This document shows, piece by piece, positions 58,623-64,000 of a stretch of 64,000 nucleotides of DNA; within the stretch, counting starts at the first letter, position 1; every line of letters starts with the position of its first letter. The notes beneath the pieces are model-generated. The model made no database searches, had not been told where the DNA came from, and saw nothing but the letters and a program-made list of their open reading frames with translations. The DNA comes from Candidatus Poribacteria bacterium. Its GTDB lineage: Bacteria > Poribacteria > WGA-4E > JAJDTR01. Position numbers and translations under genes: made by a program. Where the stretch lies: the NCBI GenBank assembly GCA_965222225.1, contig CBDCTK010000002.1:4512001-4576000 (forward strand), given 5' to 3'.

Positions 58623-60746
58623 TTAAATCCGTTTAATGGCACAACCGCTCCATCCCCAGCGTTTGTTGAGCCTTCTTCCGCGCGAATATATTACCTGAGT
58701 CAGACGTTCATCGGTGATCGTGACATTGTAGCGCCTTTCCACCGTTTCATGTCCCGTCGGAAGTCTCAATTTCTTGATTTTCTTCTCCCCGTTGGCAACG
58801 AGATTTATCTCCTGCGGCTCAGAGCCGCCAGTTGAGAAATAGCAGGTCACTTCATATTCCCCGTTGGGAAGAGCAACTCTGAAAACGCCATCCTCTTCAC
58901 CCCACACACTGTCACGATAGGGTTCCGGGAGGTTGGCTTTGCTGATGAACTCTTCGCGTTCCGACCTGGTTAACCACCCATATCTCCCATCGGTGTATAC
59001 AGTATCGTCATATATGGCAATGTGATTTGGTGCCGTCTGTCCATTGTGGGATTGCATGTCAAATTTTATCGTGGTTCTGCCGCCCCACAAATTTTCGTCG
59101 GGGCTTGCCGTTTTGCGGCGATAGAGTCTGTTATAGTTGTTGGAATGAATCAGTTCAAAGTCATCTTCCAACTCCTCTGTTTCATCATATTCTGTCCGCC
59201 ACAATATCATATAGTCTGCAGTGAAGGGTGTTTTCCAGCGCCTCCCTGCCAAACTCTCTGCGGAAAAGTCTCTTTCTCTGAAGCGGACGGGGAAATGATC
59301 AGTCTTCGCCTCATAGTTCTTGAGATATGCTATCCCATTATTCACAGCCAAAAAGCACTCTGTGTGCCCGAACGGTGCCACGTATTTGGGTTTCCAGCCC
59401 AGTGAGTCCGATGGGCCATTCCACTCCTCAGGGCGACTTGTGAGGATCGTATGCTTCTCAAGCATACCAGCGGATGAAGTAGCGTTTTCTATATCCTTAT
59501 TCAGAAGATAGTACGTCTGAACATTATAACCAAGATGCCATAATGATAGGGTGATGATGATCCCGGCAGTTGCATATTTTATGTGCTTATGAAGATTGAT
59601 GCTGAAAAATGGAAGAAGCACCAGAAAGATGTAGAGATGGATTCTGTCGTTTATCCAGCCGCCGCCGTATCCGGTCCAGGGAAATTTGAAATACATTACC
59701 GTCAAGATAATCGCCATTAGCAGAAACAGATCTCTTCTGCTCACAATTCTGGTCCATAGACGTTCTTTAGTATCTTCCGATTCCGACGATTTGCAGAATC
59801 TGTAGACATGCCAGACTCTGTCTATGAGCGTTAGCAGAAAAGCTATGGCAAAAATAGCCAGTAGAACGCGTCCGATGAGAATGTGTTCATCTCGGAAGGA
59901 GACCAGCGACTTCATAGAGAAGAAATATTCCTTCAACCATTCAAGACCCCTGTGTCCGCCACCCCTACGAGGCCTTTCCAAAAAGTAAGAAAACATGATG
60001 AAATACGCTGGCAGCATGGACACCAGAAAAAGAAAAGTCGGTTTGAGTTTCGCGGCACAGCTCTTCAGCCCGCTTGCCAGTTTATTTTCATTTTCCCCTG
60101 ATATTTCCCTAAATCCCCACTTCATATGCAGCGCCTCATACAGCGATAGGAACACTGCGAAGAACGTCAGCGACATCATAAGCATCGCATAGGATTGGTA
60201 GTGGGTGAGGTAAGTCGCTATTAGCAGTACATATATTACCCCGATGTTCGTGAGGGTGAGTTCATCCCTGTGTCTCCACCAGTATCCCAAGGTGAAAAAG
60301 AAAAGGGACATACTCAGGACAAAGTTGTAAAAACCCATGTGAAGAAGGTAGTTGTAGGCGAAGATAAATCCAACCAATCCAAAAAGTGTTTTTCCCTTCT
60401 GGACTCCGTTGAGGAAATAGAACAGGGATAACGGCAGCAGCCCGATGCAGATGGAGATTAGAATCTTTTCACAGATGATCGGTGGGAAGACATACATTAG
60501 TAGCGCCAGAAACGCGTGGGAGGACCAGTTGGGGAAAAGCGTCAGGTTCAGTTCGTAAACTTCCCGTAGTCTGTAGTTTTCGTGATTGTGATACTCCTTC
60601 AATATATAGGAGTTATAAATATGACTCGCCCCATCCTGTGTGGGAAAATAACTGAAGACCCAGACCGGCAGAAGATGTATTACCAGCAACGTAATAATGA
60701 TGAGTTTTCCTACAGAAGCACCACCGGCGAAGTCATGTTTCGTCAT
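58623..60746 (-). CDS. Multi-pass membrane protein (GT-C-like) with C-terminal carbohydrate-binding-like domain
   Basis: PTQDGASH after TM1, MGFYNF, many TM helices; tail KFDM...YGW...FRVALPNGEYEV. Confidence 0.55.
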   Translation of the reverse strand: MTKHDFAGGASVGKLIIITLLVIHLLPVWVFSYFPTQDGASHIYNSYILKEYHNHENYRLREVYELNLTLFPNWSSHAFLALLMYVFPPIICEKILISICIGLLPLSLFYFLNGVQKGKTLFGLVGFIFAYNYLLHMGFYNFVLSMSLFFFTLGYWWRHRDELTLTNIGVIYVLLIATYLTHYQSYAMLMMSLTFFAVFLSLYEALHMKWGFREISGENENKLASGLKSCAAKLKPTFLFLVSMLPAYFIMFSYFLERPRRGGGHRGLEWLKEYFFSMKSLVSFRDEHILIGRVLLAIFAIAFLLTLIDRVWHVYRFCKSSESEDTKERLWTRIVSRRDLFLLMAIILTVMYFKFPWTGYGGGWINDRIHLYIFLVLLPFFSINLHKHIKYATAGIIITLSLWHLGYNVQTYYLLNKDIENATSSAGMLEKHTILTSRPEEWNGPSDSLGWKPKYVAPFGHTECFLAVNNGIAYLKNYEAKTDHFPVRFRERDFSAESLAGRRWKTPFTADYMILWRTEYDETEELEDDFELIHSNNYNRLYRRKTASPDENLWGGRTTIKFDMQSHNGQTAPNHIAIYDDTVYTDGRYGWLTRSEREEFISKANLPEPYRDSVWGEEDGVFRVALPNGEYEVTCYFSTGGSEPQEINLVANGEKKIKKLRLPTGHETVERRYNVTITDERLTQVIYSRGRRLNKRWGWSGCAIKRI

Positions 60747-61375
60747 CTTGGTATTCCTTTTGAACGCAGCAAAGACAGAAGTTTTTGCGACAGTCTGTGT
60801 TAAACTCGTGCCATCGAGGTTAGAGAAAAAATTCAGTCTATAACAGTTTCGAGACAAAAAGAGATAGCAGCAGGGGCTGCTGCATTTCTGGTGGGGTAAT
60901 TGACAGGAGATATCGAGAGTTTTTTCGCAGAAGAAAGTGTTCTTAACCAACACTCACTATCATTCCCACTGTTAGAAAATATATTTCCGGAACAATTTCT
61001 AACTCCGTTTCTCAATCAGAGTCTCAATCTGGATAGCCAAAATCATAGCATGATTGCAAATACATTGAAACTGGACACGACAGAATGTAAAATGTCCAAC
61101 AAGCGTTCGCTTGATGAACGACTCCCGGAGATCTACTTCGCCCGCGACAAAATGCGGTTTACCCAGTCCAAAAATCATATACAGAAATCTAATCCCTTTT
61201 GCCCACCTTAATCCCCTGATGTCGAAGGTAGGCGTACACCGTCGATCTAGCAATCGACAGGAGCTTGTCGAGATGCTAATCGCGCTCACGTTCTTCCGGG
61301 CGGACTTTCGAAAAGATGAACGACGCGGGTCAACAACATTCTTGGTGCAATCTTGACTTTCTCGCTTGGCGGAAA

Positions 61376-62950
61376 TCATCCACCGTAGATGCTCTCCATC
61401 TGCCAGAGGTCGAGCGACACAAGCTCTGCGTCTCTGCCCTGCGCGCTAAAAGAGACGCCGGTGCTGTCCGGTCTGCCGGGGTAGACCCGCATGGCAACGC
61501 ATTGGCGACCGTTGACGAACACCTCGATTACGCTGCGGTCGATGAATACGTGCAGCTTGAGTGTCTCCTCGGGTCCCAATGCCACCGGGGCAGTCTCCGG
61601 CGCGCGGCACAGGGCATCCGGCAGGATCGATGAGCGTGAGGAGTCGATGCTTATAAGGCTGTCGCGAGAATCCGGTTGCCGCACAGGGTGCTTGAAGCCC
61701 CGTTCGCGGTAGAAAACGATACGGGTGTGCTCCTGGCGGTCCGGCGATCGCAGCACGTTGAGTTCCACCATCGGTGCTCCACAGGTGTCAATCTCCAGCT
61801 CGAGTTCGATGGCATTGCCTTCGATGCCGTCAAGCACCGTTTCGCAATTGGCAGGGATTGGTTGACGACCAACGCTCTTGCGAGTGCCCCGGAGCGAGGC
61901 GATATCGCCGGCGGGATCGATACCGAGTTCGTTATCGCCGATCAGTGTCAACCGCCGCGGCAGGCTCATGAGTTGACCCCACCCCTTTTTCGGCAGACCG
62001 GGATTCATGTTCCAAATACAGATGACGCCGCCTTTGCCGTCGGGCGTGGCGGACGGTGCATGCAGGCCTGACGGTTGTGCGGCGCCGAAGTTGAACTTGC
62101 CGTGGGCATTTGGATAAAACTTTGCACCTTCTGCGTCGTAGTCGCCGAGCAGGTACTGCGGACCGCTCATGTGGCTGAAGAAGAGCAGGATGTGCCGCTG
62201 GACGGAACCGCTACCGATCGGCCAGAAGTAGGGGCAGGCACCGTCGTCGCCATCAACTAAGCGGCTCTGGTCGTCGACAAATGGGTGCAGGTATTCCCAG
62301 TGCTCAAGGTCGTTGGAGCGTAGCACCGAGTCCATCGGATTCCAGGCGTCGCGTCCGTTGCATAGGGCGTAGTAGGTGTCGCCCTCCCGCCAAATGCAGG
62401 GATCGTGTACGCGGTATGGTAAAGCCGATCCGTCCGGCGCCAGCAGTGGCACGACAGGCCCTCCCGTCAGCTTTTTCCAGTTGAGCAACAGCGGATCGCT
62501 CGAAGTAGCTACCATCAAGCCCTGCTCGACGCCGTAGTACATGGCGATGACCCGATCTTCTTCGACCAGCGTGGTGCCGGAGAAGCAATGGCGCTCCGGA
62601 CATGGATGAATGGCGTACGGAAGGTCGCGCCAGTGAATCAGATCCGCACTCACCGCGTGTCCCCAGTGTACACGTTTGTCGCCGTCCGGCGGATTGCCCT
62701 GATAGAAGAGGTGCCAGTTTCCCTGCCAGTAGCAGAGGCCGTTGGAGTCGTTGTGATTCGCTTCGGGACTCACGAAGTGGTAGGTTGGTCGGTGAGGATC
62801 ACTGCTCAGAGCTGCCCGCGACTCGTGCATACGCGCCAGCAGCGGGTTCGCCGCCAGCTCCTTCTCCTGCGTTTCGAGCGTGTCGCCGAAGTTGTATTTC
62901 GGTGTGTCCGTAGTCGGAAAGTATTTCGGAGGCAGGTTGTTTATAGTCAT
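61376..62950 (-). CDS. Glycoside hydrolase family 32
   Basis: RPTYHF, NDSNG, HLFYQ, WGHAVSADL.HW, FSG, HDP, ACP, IDRSVIEVFVN motifs. Confidence 0.88.
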   Translation of the reverse strand: MTINNLPPKYFPTTDTPKYNFGDTLETQEKELAANPLLARMHESRAALSSDPHRPTYHFVSPEANHNDSNGLCYWQGNWHLFYQGNPPDGDKRVHWGHAVSADLIHWRDLPYAIHPCPERHCFSGTTLVEEDRVIAMYYGVEQGLMVATSSDPLLLNWKKLTGGPVVPLLAPDGSALPYRVHDPCIWREGDTYYALCNGRDAWNPMDSVLRSNDLEHWEYLHPFVDDQSRLVDGDDGACPYFWPIGSGSVQRHILLFFSHMSGPQYLLGDYDAEGAKFYPNAHGKFNFGAAQPSGLHAPSATPDGKGGVICIWNMNPGLPKKGWGQLMSLPRRLTLIGDNELGIDPAGDIASLRGTRKSVGRQPIPANCETVLDGIEGNAIELELEIDTCGAPMVELNVLRSPDRQEHTRIVFYRERGFKHPVRQPDSRDSLISIDSSRSSILPDALCRAPETAPVALGPEETLKLHVFIDRSVIEVFVNGRQCVAMRVYPGRPDSTGVSFSAQGRDAELVSLDLWQMESIYGG

Positions 62951-63232
62951 ACTGTTTTCACCATTCCTTAAACCATCATATACGGGTCCGCGGCGCCGCG
63001 CAAACCGTCGGAGCCGTTAGCCAGAGGCAGATATATCTCAACGAGTTGGTTCTTTGTTTCAGCGATGATTTCTTGATTGTCTCAGTTTTGGCAATAACGA
63101 AAATTCGGCAGTTTTTGCTGCTTGCCATGGAAATTACGAAGGCTATTTTACCCGTTTTTCGCGTCCCGTTCAATACCAATCTCCCGGTTGAAGGGATTTG
63201 CGGAGTTCAGGTCGTACGCTGCCCTGCGTTTA

Positions 63233-63433
63233 GAGCCTGTTTGAATAAGCGGGAGCAAAGCCATTTTTGATCATTTGTAGGAAGTTTTTTCATGTTTTTA
63301 TTGTTGCCAGCTACGTACTGTGGGATCCCTATCGCACTCGTTATCCACTCGCTTGAGGGGATCTCTATCGCGCTCGTAATCCACTCGCTTGATCGCAGTG
63401 CACACCCTACAAATGTACTTTTCAAACAGGCTC
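63233..63433 (+). mobile_element. Complete TTA-MITE with two tandem 37-nt elements (63322-63394)
   Basis: tta|GAGCCTGTTTGAA...TTCAAACAGGCTC|tta; right TTA is the stop codon of the adjacent - strand gene. Confidence 0.88.
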
Positions 63434-64000
63434 TTACTCATGGAAACTGAATGAGAAGATCTTTGATTCTCGCAGTTCGAACTTCAACTTAATCTCCCTG
63501 TCCTTTAGTCTATCCAACGCGAGTCCGGCTCTCCACGCTATCTTCGCGTCTGAAACGGTGGTTGTTACCAACTTCCCTTCAGCCACTCGTTTGTTGTCTT
63601 TGTCCAAGAGAGTGACCTTGACAAAGCCGGACGGCGCGACATCGGCGCTGATGCAGAGCGAATTGCCGACGATCGATACGGCTTTGGTCGTAAGTGCCCC
63701 GGTGCTGTTGCTTCCTCCGGCGATCTGTTCGTAGCCGGCAAAACCGTCGGGCCGAAACCGAGCCAGGGCAAAGTAGCCGTTGCGCCAGCCCATGAACCTA
63801 CCGTCGTTCGCACCGTAGTAAAGGAGAATCTCGTCTTCCATCACAATCGGGGTGGACGCAAAGATGCAGCCCCAGTCATAGTCGCCCATCACCGCGCCAT
63901 TCGGAATCAGCGGCTTGCCGGGCTGGATCCGATGCCATTGCTTGCTATCCGGGCTCCATGCCAATTCGCACCATTGCCTGCTCGCTTCGATGTCAAAGAG
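63434..64000 (-). CDS. Partial hypothetical protein, beta-propeller glycosidase-like C-terminus
   Basis: ELAWSPD..W, LYYGA, LARFRPDGF motifs; runs off window end. Confidence 0.55.
   Translation of the reverse strand, partial: LFDIEASRQWCELAWSPDSKQWHRIQPGKPLIPNGAVMGDYDWGCIFASTPIVMEDEILLYYGANDGRFMGWRNGYFALARFRPDGFAGYEQIAGGSNSTGALTTKAVSIVGNSLCISADVAPSGFVKVTLLDKDNKRVAEGKLVTTTVSDAKIAWRAGLALDRLKDREIKLKFELRESKIFSFSFHE

Noticed and set aside
60747-61375. Short ORFs between the membrane protein and GH32 (also 52165-52812, 62976-63270)
   Set aside because: No recognisable motifs; overlapping contradictory frames
63322-63394. 37-nt units as a CRISPR array
   Set aside because: Repeat-like length, but there are no spacers, copies are dispersed or nested and divergent, and no cas genes are present
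5437-63394. DGR-type adenine mutagenesis as the source of unit variation
   Set aside because: Variable sites are compensatory pairs, several A residues are invariant, and no RT gene was seen

Overview
Bacterial genomic window, most likely Candidatus Poribacteria or a relative. This is an inference from tandem LamG-like proteins ending in VDPASKLATTWG, several PhyH dioxygenases, orphan BMC vertex genes and an FGE/SUMF1 protein. Coding content: a patatin + CD-NTase(AGS-C) CBASS locus, two TA pairs, rfbB, mobA/moeA, iscU/iscA-like genes, a phosphonate ADH-phnA pair, an IS3 remnant, a putative oxyanion uptake cluster, hemW, a riboswitch-led rib operon followed by a putative R-M pair, an NtrB/NtrC-type pair, and GH13/GH32 enzymes. 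The ORF track truncates two probable selenoproteins: a CUAEP-tail radical SAM and a UxxS peroxiredoxin-like protein, whose post-UGA hairpins share a CAGTTGG apex. The strongest unexplained signal is intergenic: a ~37-nt element (consensus GGGATCTCTATCGCnnTCryTATyCryTCnnTTGATC) at about a dozen loci. Its variable positions covary as a hairpin with tandem G.A pairs on one strand. It sits in or beside GTAG-REP hairpins with fixed polarity, nests inside itself up to three deep with a few nt lost and no target duplication, and rides inside TTA-flanked MITEs. No candidate mobilising enzyme was recognised in the window. All calls were made by eye; no searches were run.
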